A DNA stretch of 64,000 nucleotides. Origin: Betaproteobacteria bacterium UBA5216 (GTDB lineage: Bacteria; Pseudomonadota; Gammaproteobacteria; Burkholderiales; SG8-41). Made by a program: the position numbers and the translations under genes. This document shows positions 45,368 to 55,439 of the stretch, one piece after another. Where the stretch lies: positions 18,736 through 82,735 of the forward strand of contig DHVE01000066.1 in the NCBI GenBank assembly GCA_002412495.1, written 5' to 3'. The notes beneath the pieces are model-generated. The model was not told the DNA's origin, searched no databases, and was given only the letters and a program-made list of their open reading frames with translations. Within the stretch, counting starts at the first letter, position 1; each line of letters starts with the position of its first letter.

Positions 45368-46306
45368 TTATTTTATTTCTTTCGAATGGCGCACCCAATC
45401 CGCCGCGCGCACGCAGCAGGCAGCCTGATGCGTGATGGCGACCGGTACCGCGCACGCACCCGCAAACGCATCGGCGATCCACGCCGCCGTCACCGCGGCA
45501 TCACGGCTCCGAGGCAACACCGGGTTTTCTTCGGCAAGGGCAGCCCAGGTTTGCGATGTCATGCCATCGCACCATTCCACGACCGGCTCGCGCCGTGGAT
45601 GTGCCACCGCCTCGCCTTCCGCGCCGCGTAACAGCAGTGCGTGGGCGGCGCGCGTGGTAAAAAATTCGCGCATGCGTGTCAGATAATCCGGATGGGTCAC
45701 GCTCACCAGCCGCACCGCAGGCGTAGCAAAGGGTTGCAGCATTTTTGCCAGCGTATGTCCCGAACTGCGCACGCCCATCTCGCCGCGCAATGCCAGCACG
45801 CGCGCGAGCGGCGGCGCCATCACGTCCAGCGGCAAAAACGCCAGATGGCGCGCGGCCAGTTGCGCACGCGCCTCTTCAAGCGAACGCGCGGGGTGTATAC
45901 CCATCGCCTCGAACACCTCGCACGTGGTCACGCGGCCTGGATCGCTCGTGACACCCTGCACCAGCACCGGCACACCCTCGCGCGCGATCAGGTGCGCCAG
46001 CAGCGGCGTGAGATTCGGCAATTGCCGCGCGCCGTTGTAGGCGGGAATTACCACCGGAACCGTGTTGACGGGCGCGGCCAGATGCGCGTAACAGGCTTCG
46101 CATGCTTCCAGAAATCCCGCCAGCTCCTCCAGCGACTCGCCCTTGATGCGCAGCGCCATCAGTATCGCGCCCCGTTGCAGATCGGGAATTTCATCCGCCA
46201 GCATCGCCGCGAACAGCGCGTGCGCGTCGTCGCGATTCAAATCACGCGCGGCATTTTTGCCTCGGCCAATTTCCTTGATGATGCGGGTCAGTTCTGTCGT
46301 TTTCAT
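45368..46306 (-). CDS. ybiB: TrpD2/YbiB-like protein (anthranilate phosphoribosyltransferase fold, DNA-binding family)
   Basis: About 310 aa. The N-terminus IIKEIGRGKNAARDL..ILMALRIKGES and the overall glycosyltransferase family 3 layout resemble YbiB. Confidence 0.6.
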   Translation of the reverse strand: MKTTELTRIIKEIGRGKNAARDLNRDDAHALFAAMLADEIPDLQRGAILMALRIKGESLEELAGFLEACEACYAHLAAPVNTVPVVIPAYNGARQLPNLTPLLAHLIAREGVPVLVQGVTSDPGRVTTCEVFEAMGIHPARSLEEARAQLAARHLAFLPLDVMAPPLARVLALRGEMGVRSSGHTLAKMLQPFATPAVRLVSVTHPDYLTRMREFFTTRAAHALLLRGAEGEAVAHPRREPVVEWCDGMTSQTWAALAEENPVLPRSRDAAVTAAWIADAFAGACAVPVAITHQAACCVRAADWVRHSKEIK

Positions 46307-46329
46307 TGCCAGATCGAGGTGCAGCCCGG

Positions 46330-47709
46330 CTAGCCGTCCAGCCGCGAAACGAACTCTTCAAACTTGCCACCGGCTTTTCGCGGCAGCCCGGACGAGAAGT
46401 AGATAAACGAAATATGAAAGGGATGTCCCATTGCACTCTGAAGTGCGGCCCGCAACTGCGACTCCTGCTCGGCGGACAGCGGCACGTCGATCGCGAGCCG
46501 CGCCTCCATGTCATGAATCGATCTCTGGATCACCTGATACTGGCGCACCATCGGAAATGCACCAAATTGATCCACCAGCGCAAGCCGCACACGTTGCCCG
46601 GAGGGCAATGTCATCAAGTTACGAACCCGCCCCAAGACTCTCGAAATCGTCGGCAAGCCACGACCACAGGCGCAGGGTGCTCCTACTTCAGCATAATCGC
46701 CCAACGCATAGCGCAGCATCGGCATTGCAACATTATGCAGGCCGGTTGCCACCACCTGCCCCACTGCGCCCGGTACACAAGGCCTCCCGTTATCATCCAG
46801 GATTTCCACCAGCACGCTTTCCGACATGACGTGCAATGCTCCGCTCACGGGACACTGAAGCCCGATGTAACCTAATTCCTGCGAGCTATAGCCATCCACA
46901 ATCGACAGCCCCAGCACGTCGCGACATGCTTCCCGCAAAGACAAATCCACTGTTTCGCCAACAGTACGCACTTCGCGCAGACGTTCGGGCCGCTGGCCAT
47001 GGGTAGCAAACCACCTGAGCAGCGACCTCACAATGCTGGGGTAAGTCAGCAAGTAATCGGGATTATGTTTGAGCAACCAATGCGCCTGCGTATCCACATC
47101 CGCGCCTGAATCCAACTTCACCAATGGCCCGGTCGTGTACAAATCCGCTACCGGCACTCCCCAACTTTTCAGAATCGCGCCGTGCGGCGGTTTGGCTTCT
47201 TGCCCAGTGGACCGAATCACCGCGAGCGTACCAGCGAAATCCCGCTGGTGCCAGTGATGATCACGGAGCGTGTTGGCTTCCCACAAGAGTTGATCCACGT
47301 GCGTGCGCCGCACAGTCACCGGCTCCCCCGTGGAACCGGATGTCCGTGTTTCACCCACTGGGCCATACGCGGGTGGCACGGCAGTGCTATGCATAGCCAC
47401 ACCCGCGAGTTGCACATCACGCCGCGTTAATAACGGCAACGCGCGAAACGCATCATAGGTCAACGCACGCTTTGGATCAAAGCCGGCGGTTGCCAGGCGT
47501 TCGCGGTAAAAAGGCACGGTGCGAAGGGCATGCCGCAACAAAATTTGAAGTTGCCATAACTGATGCTCCAACAGCCGCTCGGGTGGTAATCGTTCAGTCT
47601 CTTCAAACTGATACAACAAAGACAACAGTTGTCCGCCACGCGCGGTTGGCATCGCCGGCCACCGCATACCGGTAATGGCGGAACGAATCAGCTTTTCTGG
47701 ATCGGTCAT
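46330..47709 (-). CDS. phenylacetate-CoA ligase / coenzyme F390 synthetase-like adenylate-forming enzyme
   Basis: It has the motif TSGSTGEP, a PaaK-like size and a C-terminal GKFEEF. The start was set to ATG 47709, because the ORF's first codon at 47721 is TTG. Confidence 0.7.
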   Translation of the reverse strand: MTDPEKLIRSAITGMRWPAMPTARGGQLLSLLYQFEETERLPPERLLEHQLWQLQILLRHALRTVPFYRERLATAGFDPKRALTYDAFRALPLLTRRDVQLAGVAMHSTAVPPAYGPVGETRTSGSTGEPVTVRRTHVDQLLWEANTLRDHHWHQRDFAGTLAVIRSTGQEAKPPHGAILKSWGVPVADLYTTGPLVKLDSGADVDTQAHWLLKHNPDYLLTYPSIVRSLLRWFATHGQRPERLREVRTVGETVDLSLREACRDVLGLSIVDGYSSQELGYIGLQCPVSGALHVMSESVLVEILDDNGRPCVPGAVGQVVATGLHNVAMPMLRYALGDYAEVGAPCACGRGLPTISRVLGRVRNLMTLPSGQRVRLALVDQFGAFPMVRQYQVIQRSIHDMEARLAIDVPLSAEQESQLRAALQSAMGHPFHISFIYFSSGLPRKAGGKFEEFVSRLDG

Positions 47710-47742
47710 TGGTTCAAGCAACCCTGCTGGCTCAACGCCCGC

Positions 47743-50514
47743 CTAATGCGCCTTGTCCCAATTGAGCCCCACGCCCAACTCCACCGCCAGCGGCACGGAC
47801 AACGTCGCGACACCGTTCATCAATTGCGGCAAGCGCTGTTTAACAACATCAAGTTCGTTCTCCGGCACTTCCAGGACCAGTTCGTCATGCACCTGCATGA
47901 TAAGTTTGGTGGCGCGTTTTTCCCTTGTCAGCCATGCATCCACCGCGATCATCGCCAGCTTGATAAGATCGGCCGCGGTGCCCTGCATCGGCGCATTGAT
48001 CGCCGCGCGTTCGGCGCCCTGCCTGCGGGCCTGATTGGTGCTGCGGATTTCCGGCAGCCACAGGCGGCGGCCAAACACGGTCTCGACGTAGCCCTGATTG
48101 CGCGCTTTTTCGCGCGTGTCTTTCATGTAGGCATCGACGCCGGGGTAACGCGCGAAGTAACGTTCCATGTACTGCGCCGCCGCGCTGCGCTCGAGACCAA
48201 GCTGGCGCGCGAGACCGAACGCTGACATGCCGTAAATCAGGCCAAAGTTGATCACCTTGGCGTAGCGCCGCTGTTCGCTCGTGACGTGCGCGGGCGCGGC
48301 GCCGAATATTTCCGCCGCAGTGGCGCGATGAATGTCCTCGCCGGCGGCAAACGCGCGCAACAGGCTTTCGTCCTGCGAGATATGCGCCATGATGCGCAGT
48401 TCAATTTGCGAATAGTCGGCCGACACAATCACGCAGCCGGGCGGCGCAATAAACGCCTCGCGGATGCGGCGGCCCTCGGCGGTGCGGATCGGAATGTTTT
48501 GCAGATTGGGATCGTTGCTCGACAGCCGTCCGGTGACGGCGATCGCCTGGCCGTAGTTGGTATGCACGCGCCCGGTGTCCGGGTTGATCATGCCCGGCAG
48601 CTTGTCGCTGTAGGTCGATTTCAATTTCGCCAGGCCGCGATATTCGAGAATCAGCTTCGGTAGCGGATGATCCAGCGCCAGTTGCTCCAGCGAATCTTCG
48701 TCGGTCGAGGGCTGGCCGGTGGGCGTTTTTTTCACCGGCTTCAAACCCTGTTTCTCAAACAGGATTTCCTGTATCTGCTTGGGCGAACTCAGGTTAAACG
48801 GCTGGCCCGCCTGCGCGTGCGCTTTCGCTTCGGCTTCGATCATTTTCGCGCCGAATTCGCGCGATAGTTCCGCGAGCAGCTTCACGTCGAGCAGCACGCC
48901 ATTTCGTTCCATCGATTGCAGCACATGCATCGCGGGCATTTCGATATCGCGATAAATGTGCAGCAGTTTGGCATCCGCTACGACCTGCGGATACAGCGCG
49001 TGATGCAGACGCAGCGTGATATCCGCATCTTCGGCAGCATATTCGCTGGCTTGCTCGATGGACACCTGCTCAAAGCCGATGCGCCCGGCGCCCTTGCCGG
49101 TTATTTCATCATAGGTTATTGTTTTTATTGATAAATGTCTTTGTGCCAAATCATCCATGTCGTGCGGTTTATGGCTTTCGAGCACATACGATTGCAGCAG
49201 CGTGTCGTGCACCGCGCCGCGCAAATGCACGCCGTGGTTGGCCAACACGTGCGTGTCGTACTTGATGTGCTGGCCGAGCTTGGGCGCGTTTGCGTCTTCA
49301 AGCCACGGCTTGAGTTTGGCAAGCACATCCGCGAGCGCAAGTTGATCGCCCGCGCCCGGATACTGATGGCCGACGGGTATGTACACCGCCTCGCCCGGTG
49401 TGACCGACAGCGAAATGCCGACCAGCCGCGCCCTGAACGGATCGAGGCTGGTGGTTTCGGTATCCACCGCGGTCAAGGAGGCCGTGCGAATTTTGTCGAG
49501 CCACGCATCAAGTTGCGCCACGGTGGTGACGGTTTCGTAATGCCGTTCCACTGGCGCGGGCGGCGGCACTATGGGTTCCGACGGTCCTGACGGTCCTGAC
49601 GGTCCTGACGCAGCGGCGGGCACGGCATTCCCGCTGTTTTCGACGCCCGACGCCGCGCCCTGCGATGCGGATTCCTGAATTTCCTTGCGCCATGACTTGA
49701 AATCAAAATCATCAAACAACGCCAGCAGCTTGTGCGTGTCCTGCGGTTTGAGATCGAGTTCTTCAAGTTTCACCGGTAACGGCACATCGCATTTGATGGT
49801 GAGCAAACCGCGCGCGGTCGGCAGCCAATCAAGCGCCTTGCGCAGGTTTTCACCCACGACGCCGCCGATGTCAGCGGCGTGCGCCACCACGTTATCAAGC
49901 GAACCGTACTGCGTGAGCCATTTCACCGCCGTCTTCGGCCCCACCTTGGCCACGCCCGGAACGTTGTCCACCGAGTCACCGATCAGCGACAGATAATCGA
50001 TGATGCGATCCGGTCTGACGCCGAATTTTTTTTCCACGCCGGCTTCATCCAGCACCTCGTTGGTCATGGTGTTGACCAGCGTGACATGCGGCGTCACCAG
50101 TTGCGTAATATCCTTGTCGCCGGTGGAGATCACCACGTTCATGCCCGCGCGCTCACCCGCGTGCGCCAGCGTGCCGATCACGTCGTCGGCCTCCACCCCA
50201 TCGACGATCAACAGCGGCCAGCCCATCGCGGCTATTGCCTCGTGCAACGGCGCGATCTGTGACGCCAGGTCGTCAGGCATCGGCGGACGGTTCGCCTTGT
50301 ATTCGGGATACACGTCGTCGCGAAAGGTCTTGCCCTTGGCATCAAACACGCAGGCCGACAGCGCCGAAGGGTAATCCTTGTGCAGCCGGCGCAGCATATT
50401 CAGCACGCCATAGACCGCGCCGGTGGGCACGCCGCGCTTGCTGCGCAGGTCCGGCATGGCGTGAAACGCCCGGTAGAGATACGACGATCCGTCAACCAGC
50501 AGAAGGGTTTTCAT
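47743..50514 (-). CDS. polA: DNA polymerase I
   Basis: It has the 5'-nuclease N-terminus, a 3'-5' exonuclease domain, and the polymerase motifs DYSQIELR, RRYAKVINFGLIYG and QVHDEL. Confidence 0.97.
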   Translation of the reverse strand: MKTLLLVDGSSYLYRAFHAMPDLRSKRGVPTGAVYGVLNMLRRLHKDYPSALSACVFDAKGKTFRDDVYPEYKANRPPMPDDLASQIAPLHEAIAAMGWPLLIVDGVEADDVIGTLAHAGERAGMNVVISTGDKDITQLVTPHVTLVNTMTNEVLDEAGVEKKFGVRPDRIIDYLSLIGDSVDNVPGVAKVGPKTAVKWLTQYGSLDNVVAHAADIGGVVGENLRKALDWLPTARGLLTIKCDVPLPVKLEELDLKPQDTHKLLALFDDFDFKSWRKEIQESASQGAASGVENSGNAVPAAASGPSGPSGPSEPIVPPPAPVERHYETVTTVAQLDAWLDKIRTASLTAVDTETTSLDPFRARLVGISLSVTPGEAVYIPVGHQYPGAGDQLALADVLAKLKPWLEDANAPKLGQHIKYDTHVLANHGVHLRGAVHDTLLQSYVLESHKPHDMDDLAQRHLSIKTITYDEITGKGAGRIGFEQVSIEQASEYAAEDADITLRLHHALYPQVVADAKLLHIYRDIEMPAMHVLQSMERNGVLLDVKLLAELSREFGAKMIEAEAKAHAQAGQPFNLSSPKQIQEILFEKQGLKPVKKTPTGQPSTDEDSLEQLALDHPLPKLILEYRGLAKLKSTYSDKLPGMINPDTGRVHTNYGQAIAVTGRLSSNDPNLQNIPIRTAEGRRIREAFIAPPGCVIVSADYSQIELRIMAHISQDESLLRAFAAGEDIHRATAAEIFGAAPAHVTSEQRRYAKVINFGLIYGMSAFGLARQLGLERSAAAQYMERYFARYPGVDAYMKDTREKARNQGYVETVFGRRLWLPEIRSTNQARRQGAERAAINAPMQGTAADLIKLAMIAVDAWLTREKRATKLIMQVHDELVLEVPENELDVVKQRLPQLMNGVATLSVPLAVELGVGLNWDKAH

Positions 50515-50636
50515 GAATTTTTCGGGCCGAAAGAGGTCTCAATTCACATTGGCGCGCAGTCGTGCCGTTTTTGCACGCAGCCGCTTTCAAATTGCCCGTG
50601 AAAAGCAGATAATCAGGACTGAAAAGAGGATACCCC

Positions 50637-51020
50637 ATGCGTGCTTCCATCGCCACTGTGCCCGCTGCTCTAGCAACGCTACTGACTGCTTTGCTGTTGA
50701 GCTTGGCGCTGCCCGCCGTATCGCCCGCCCATGCGCAGACGCGGCCACCCAATCTGCAACCCGTGCCGGAACCGCCGCCACCGCCCAAGGGCTTTGAGCT
50801 CGATCCGGCACTGGAGCCGCAAGTCACCATCATCCGGCGCGGCACCGATACCGTCGAAGAACACCGCATCGGCGGCCGGCTTTACATGATCAAGGTCACG
50901 CCGGCCAACGGCAGCGCGCCGTATTATCTGATCGATCAACAGGGCGACGGTAAATTCACGCGCCAACATCCGCAGGATACCGGGCTGCGTCCGCCGATGT
51001 GGGTAATCCACAGCTTCTAA
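50637..51020 (+). CDS. DUF2782-like small secreted protein
   Basis: It has a signal peptide and the segment RIGGRLYMIKVTP..PYYLID..GDG. From memory, the position between polA and thrB is conserved in Burkholderiales. Confidence 0.6.
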   Translation: MRASIATVPAALATLLTALLLSLALPAVSPAHAQTRPPNLQPVPEPPPPPKGFELDPALEPQVTIIRRGTDTVEEHRIGGRLYMIKVTPANGSAPYYLIDQQGDGKFTRQHPQDTGLRPPMWVIHSF

Positions 51021-51046
51021 CAGCAAGCGGCGCCACGGCAAATCGC

Positions 51047-51087
51047 GCGCGGCAGTGTCACGGCGCCGTGACACTGCCGCGCTTTTT
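51047..51087 (+). terminator. rho-independent terminator
   Basis: A perfect 17-bp stem (gcgcggcagtgtcacgg / ccgtgacactgccgcgc) is followed by TTTTT. It begins 27 nt after the stop at 51020. Confidence 0.9.
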
Positions 51088-51156
51088 GTTGCGTTTTTGC
51101 CGCATTTCCACTGCTTTGTGCTGTACGCGACACGCTGAAAACGGTACGCTATCCGG

Positions 51157-52125
51157 ATGTCTGTCTTTACCACGGTCACGCCGCAACAACTGGCGGTCTG
51201 GCTTAAAAACTATCCCGAGGATGCACTTAACGGCATCGGCACGCTGGTTGACATGCAGGGCATCGCAGCCGGCATTGAAAACACCAATTATTTCGTCACC
51301 ACCACGCGTGGCCGCTACGTTCTCACGCTATTTGAAAAACTCACTGCGCGGGAACTGCCGTTTTATCTCAACCTGATGGCGCATCTGGCGCGGCATGGCG
51401 CACCGTGTCCCGCGCCGGTGGCCAACACCGCCGGCGGTTTTCTGGGTGAACTGAACGGCAAACCGGCCAGTCTGGTGTCGCGCCTGACCGGCAAGGACCT
51501 GGTGCATCCCACCGCTGGCGATTGCGCCAAGGTTGGGCGGGTGCTGGCGCGCATACATCTCGCGGGGCAAAGCTACGCCGGGCACATGGACAATCCGCGC
51601 GGCGCCACGTGGTGGAAATCGGTGACGCCGAAAATCTTGCCGTTTCTCGACGCGGCGGACGCCGCGTTACTGGCATCCGAAATCGCCTCGCAAGACACTC
51701 TGCGCGTCGACCATCTGCCGCAAGGCGCGATTCACGCCGACCTGTTTCGCGACAATGTGTTATTTCACGAAGGCGAAGTGGCGGGTGTGATCGATTTTTA
51801 TTTCGCCTGCACCAGCGCGCTGCTCTACGACGTGGCGATCACGGTGAACGACTGGTGCATGCAGCCCGACAGCCGGCTGGACCCGGCGCGCACCGAGGCG
51901 CTGCTGGTGGCCTACCACGCCGAACGGCGCTTTACCGCGGTGGAACGCGACGCCTGGCCCATGCTGCTGCGCGCGGGGGCGCTGCGCTTCTGGGTGTCGC
52001 GGCTTTATGATCTGCATCTGCCGCGCGCGGGCGAGATGACGCACGCAAAGGATCCCGATCACTTCCGCCGCATGCTGGCCGCGCACATTGCCGGGGCCCG
52101 TGCGTTGCCGGCGCTGCCGCAATAA
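51157..52125 (+). CDS. thrB: homoserine kinase (APH-fold, type II ThrB)
   Basis: It has the kinase catalytic loop HADLFRDNVLF and VIDFYFA. The size and context are typical of beta/gamma-proteobacterial ThrB. Confidence 0.85.
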   Translation: MSVFTTVTPQQLAVWLKNYPEDALNGIGTLVDMQGIAAGIENTNYFVTTTRGRYVLTLFEKLTARELPFYLNLMAHLARHGAPCPAPVANTAGGFLGELNGKPASLVSRLTGKDLVHPTAGDCAKVGRVLARIHLAGQSYAGHMDNPRGATWWKSVTPKILPFLDAADAALLASEIASQDTLRVDHLPQGAIHADLFRDNVLFHEGEVAGVIDFYFACTSALLYDVAITVNDWCMQPDSRLDPARTEALLVAYHAERRFTAVERDAWPMLLRAGALRFWVSRLYDLHLPRAGEMTHAKDPDHFRRMLAAHIAGARALPALPQ

Positions 52126-52196
52126 TCATTGCCGCCCCGAACCCCGGCCACCGGGCGACAAGGCTACAATAGGATACGTTACCTGCACAGGCGCCC

Positions 52197-52979
52197 ATGG
52201 AAATTCGCACCGTCACCGCCAGCCGGGGCTGGCAATGGATCAAACAAGGCATCGCGCTGTTCATGAAAGGCCCGCTGCAATGGGTGCTGTTCGTGAGCGT
52301 TTTGTTTGTCGCCATCAAGGTCATACTGCTGATTCCGCTTATCGGCCTGCTCGTGATGCTGGTGCTGCCCGTGCTGCTGGTGGGCATGATGGAAGGCTGC
52401 CGCGCGCTGGAAATCGGCAAGCCGCTCGCCTTCGGCTACCTGTTGTCGGGTTTCGTGCGCAATACCGGCGCTCTGCTCACGCTGGGCGGCATTTCGCTCG
52501 CCGGCAACCTGCTGGTGGTGCTGGTTATTTCCGGCATCGGCGGCGAGGCGTTCACCGCCGTGCTCAATTTCATGGCGCAGCAGAAAGTCACGCCCGAGAA
52601 CGTGCACGAGATACGCGACGCCGCCTCGAAAGCCACGATCTCGGTACTGATCGGCTGGGCGTTGTCGATTCCCCTGATGATGGCCTTATGGTTTGCGCCA
52701 CTGCTGGCGTACTTCAACAATCTGTCGCCGGGCCGCGCCATGCTCTACAGCCTGGCGGCATGCTGGCGCAACCTGCCCGCGTTTTTGGTCTATGGCGTCG
52801 CGGTGTTTGCCGCGCTGATGATGGTAACGCCGCTTGCGATGGCCGCGCGCGTGCTCGATCTGGGCGTCTGGCTGCTCGCACCGGTGGTGATACCCACCAT
52901 CTATGCCGGATACAAGGATATTTTCGACATCAACGCAGTGGCGGGCGATGCACCGCCCGCCGAGACCGGCGGAAACTGA
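52197..52979 (+). CDS. multi-pass membrane protein (BPSS1780-like family, uncertain)
   Basis: About 5-6 hydrophobic helices, with the N-terminus MEIRTVTASRGWQWIKQG. The family name is from memory only. Confidence 0.6.
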   Translation: MEIRTVTASRGWQWIKQGIALFMKGPLQWVLFVSVLFVAIKVILLIPLIGLLVMLVLPVLLVGMMEGCRALEIGKPLAFGYLLSGFVRNTGALLTLGGISLAGNLLVVLVISGIGGEAFTAVLNFMAQQKVTPENVHEIRDAASKATISVLIGWALSIPLMMALWFAPLLAYFNNLSPGRAMLYSLAACWRNLPAFLVYGVAVFAALMMVTPLAMAARVLDLGVWLLAPVVIPTIYAGYKDIFDINAVAGDAPPAETGGN

Positions 52980-53047
52980 AACGCACTCGCGACCTTGTCA
53001 TCGCCCGAACCCACCCGTGTTACGCGGTGGTAATTACGCCGCAGTAC

Positions 53048-55381
53048 TTACGCCGCCGTGAGCTTGGCGTATTCCAGTGCCAGCCACTTTAATCCTTGTT
53101 CGCGAAAGTTCACCTGTACGCGCGCGTCGGGACCACGGCCTTCGGCGCTGACAATCACGCCCGCGCCGAATTTCGCATGCATTACGCTCTGCCCGATGCG
53201 CCACGGCATTGACGCGTCGGGCGTGAAGGCGGATGGAATCGCCATCACGGCCGCGGCACCGCCGTATTCATTGGATGGCTGGTAACGCGGTCGCGCATTG
53301 ATGCGCTGAAGCAGGTTTTCCGGCAATTCATGAAAAAACCGCGACGGCACGTTGTACCGTGTCTGCCCGTGCAACATGCGGCTTTGTGCCAGCGACAGAT
53401 ACAGCCGCCGCCGCGCGCGCGTCAACGCCACGTACATCAGGCGCCGTTCTTCTTCGATGCCATCGGCCTCGGTGAGACTGTTTTCGTGCGGGAACAATCC
53501 CTCTTCCATGCCACTGATAAACACCGCGTGAAATTCCAGTCCCTTGGCGGAATGAACGGTCATCATCTGCAGCGCGTCGGCGCCGGCAATCGCCTGATGC
53601 TCGCCGGCTTCAAGCGCGGCATGCGACAGAAAAGACGCCAGCGTATCGTCCTTGTTGGCGGGCACCCCCTCATCATCGGCGGAGACGTTCGTGGCATTGA
53701 CCGAATTAGCGGCATTTGTGGCATATGCGGCATTCGCACCAATCACGTAGTCCGCGCCATCCTGCATGACCATCGGCGCATCCGCCACCCAAACCACATC
53801 GTTCTCCGCCACGAAAGCGGTCGCGGCGTTGATCAATTCAGAAAGGTTTTCCAGCCGGTCCGCGCCTTCTTTTTCGTTTTGATAATGACTGTACAGTCCA
53901 CTGTGTTCGATCACGTGCTCGATGGTTTCCGGCAACGGCAAGTGACGCGTGGCCTCGCGCATTTTTTCGATCAACGCGACAAACGCACCTATGCTGGACG
54001 CAGCCTTGCCAGACAGTGTATTGGCGCACACTGCGGCCCACAGGCTGATGCCGCGTTCGCGTGCCACCGTTTGCACCTGTTCGAGACTGCGCGCGCCGAT
54101 GCCGCGCGTCGGAAAATTAATCACCCGCAGCAGCGCGCCGTCATCGTCCGACTGTGCCACCAGCCGCAGATACGCCAGCGCATGCTTGATTTCCTGGCGC
54201 TCGAAAAACCGCAGGCCGCCATAGACGCGGTACGGCACCGACGCGTTAAACAACGCATGCTCAATCACACGTGACTGGGCATTGGAGCGGTAGAGCACCG
54301 CCATGTTGCCGAGCGCCACGCCGTCGTTGCGCAGCGCCTTGACTTCTTCGACGATGAACGCGGCCTCTTCGAGATCGGTCGCCGCCTCGTACACGCGCAG
54401 CGGCTCGCCCTTGCCTTCGGAAGTCCACAGGTTTTTGCCCAGCCGCCGCTGGTTGTGGCGGATCAGCGCATTGGCGGCATCGAGTATGTGCCCGTGCGAA
54501 CGGTAATTCTGTTCGAGCTTGATGACCTTGCCGATATGAAAATCTTTTTGCAGGTCCTGCATGTTGGCGCTGGACGCGCCGCGAAACGCATAGATCGACT
54601 GATCGTCGTCGCCCACCGCAAAAATGCAGCTCCCCGTGCCGCACAGCAATTGCAGCCAGCGGTATTGCAGGCGGTTGGTATCCTGAAACTCATCGACGAG
54701 TATGTGTCTGAAGCGCGCGCGATAATGCTCGCGCAACACCTCGTTGCGCGAGAGCAGCTCGTACGAACGCAGCAGCAACTCCGCGAAATCCACCACGCCT
54801 TCGCGCTGGCATTGCGTGTCATAGGCGGCGTAAAACTCGGTCATGCGCCGCGAAAATTCATCATGCGACTCAACATCCCTCGGGCGTTTGCCTTCTTCCT
54901 TGGCGGCATTGATGAACCATTGCGCCTGACGCGGCGGATAACGCTCATCGTCGATGTTCAACTGTTTCATCAGTCGCTTGATCACCGCCAACTGGTCCTG
55001 GCTGTCGAGTATCTGGAAAAGCTGTGGCAGCCCGGCCTCGCGGTGGTGCGTGCGCAACATGCGGTTGCACAGGCCATGAAACGTGCCCACCCACATGCCG
55101 CGCGTGTTGATGGGCAGCATGGCCGAGATACGCGTGAGCATCTCCTTCGCGGCCTTGTTGGTGAAGGTCACGCCGAGCAATCCGTGCGGACTCGCCTGGC
55201 CGGTCTGGATCAGCCACGCAATGCGCGTGGTCAACACGCGCGTTTTTCCGCTGCCCGCGCCCGCGAGGATCAGCGCCGAGGGCGGCGCCGCTTGACCCGC
55301 GAGCGGATCCGCGGGCAGCGTCACCGCTTCAAGCTGGGGTTCGTTAAGTCCGGAGAGAAAGGCTGGCGTGGCGAGTGTCAT
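53048..55381 (-). CDS. uvrD: UvrD/Rep-type superfamily 1 DNA helicase
   Basis: It has Walker A (AGAGSGKT), DEFQDTN, and VGDDDQSIYAFRGA. The start was set to ATG 55381. It contains an Ala/Asn-rich low-complexity insertion (ANAAYATNAANSVNATN). Confidence 0.9.
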   Translation of the reverse strand: MTLATPAFLSGLNEPQLEAVTLPADPLAGQAAPPSALILAGAGSGKTRVLTTRIAWLIQTGQASPHGLLGVTFTNKAAKEMLTRISAMLPINTRGMWVGTFHGLCNRMLRTHHREAGLPQLFQILDSQDQLAVIKRLMKQLNIDDERYPPRQAQWFINAAKEEGKRPRDVESHDEFSRRMTEFYAAYDTQCQREGVVDFAELLLRSYELLSRNEVLREHYRARFRHILVDEFQDTNRLQYRWLQLLCGTGSCIFAVGDDDQSIYAFRGASSANMQDLQKDFHIGKVIKLEQNYRSHGHILDAANALIRHNQRRLGKNLWTSEGKGEPLRVYEAATDLEEAAFIVEEVKALRNDGVALGNMAVLYRSNAQSRVIEHALFNASVPYRVYGGLRFFERQEIKHALAYLRLVAQSDDDGALLRVINFPTRGIGARSLEQVQTVARERGISLWAAVCANTLSGKAASSIGAFVALIEKMREATRHLPLPETIEHVIEHSGLYSHYQNEKEGADRLENLSELINAATAFVAENDVVWVADAPMVMQDGADYVIGANAAYATNAANSVNATNVSADDEGVPANKDDTLASFLSHAALEAGEHQAIAGADALQMMTVHSAKGLEFHAVFISGMEEGLFPHENSLTEADGIEEERRLMYVALTRARRRLYLSLAQSRMLHGQTRYNVPSRFFHELPENLLQRINARPRYQPSNEYGGAAAVMAIPSAFTPDASMPWRIGQSVMHAKFGAGVIVSAEGRGPDARVQVNFREQGLKWLALEYAKLTAA

Positions 55382-55439
55382 CAGGCGCAACTAAAGAGTT
55401 GCGCGGGATTATACGTTACGGCGTACGGCGCGGCGCCGG

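Noticed and set aside
52088-53092. 334-aa plus-strand ORF overlapping the 52197-52979 membrane protein in another frame
   Set aside because: The translation is Arg/Ala/Gly-rich with no hydrophobic helices or motifs. The alternative frame (52197-52979) gives a coherent multi-TM protein with an ATG start.
53690-53745. Ala/Asn-rich insertion in UvrD (ggcatt-type near-repeats), considered as a possible intein or mobile insertion
   Set aside because: It is only about 25 residues of low-complexity sequence, in frame, with no intein or endonuclease motifs. It is most simply a lineage-specific linker expansion.
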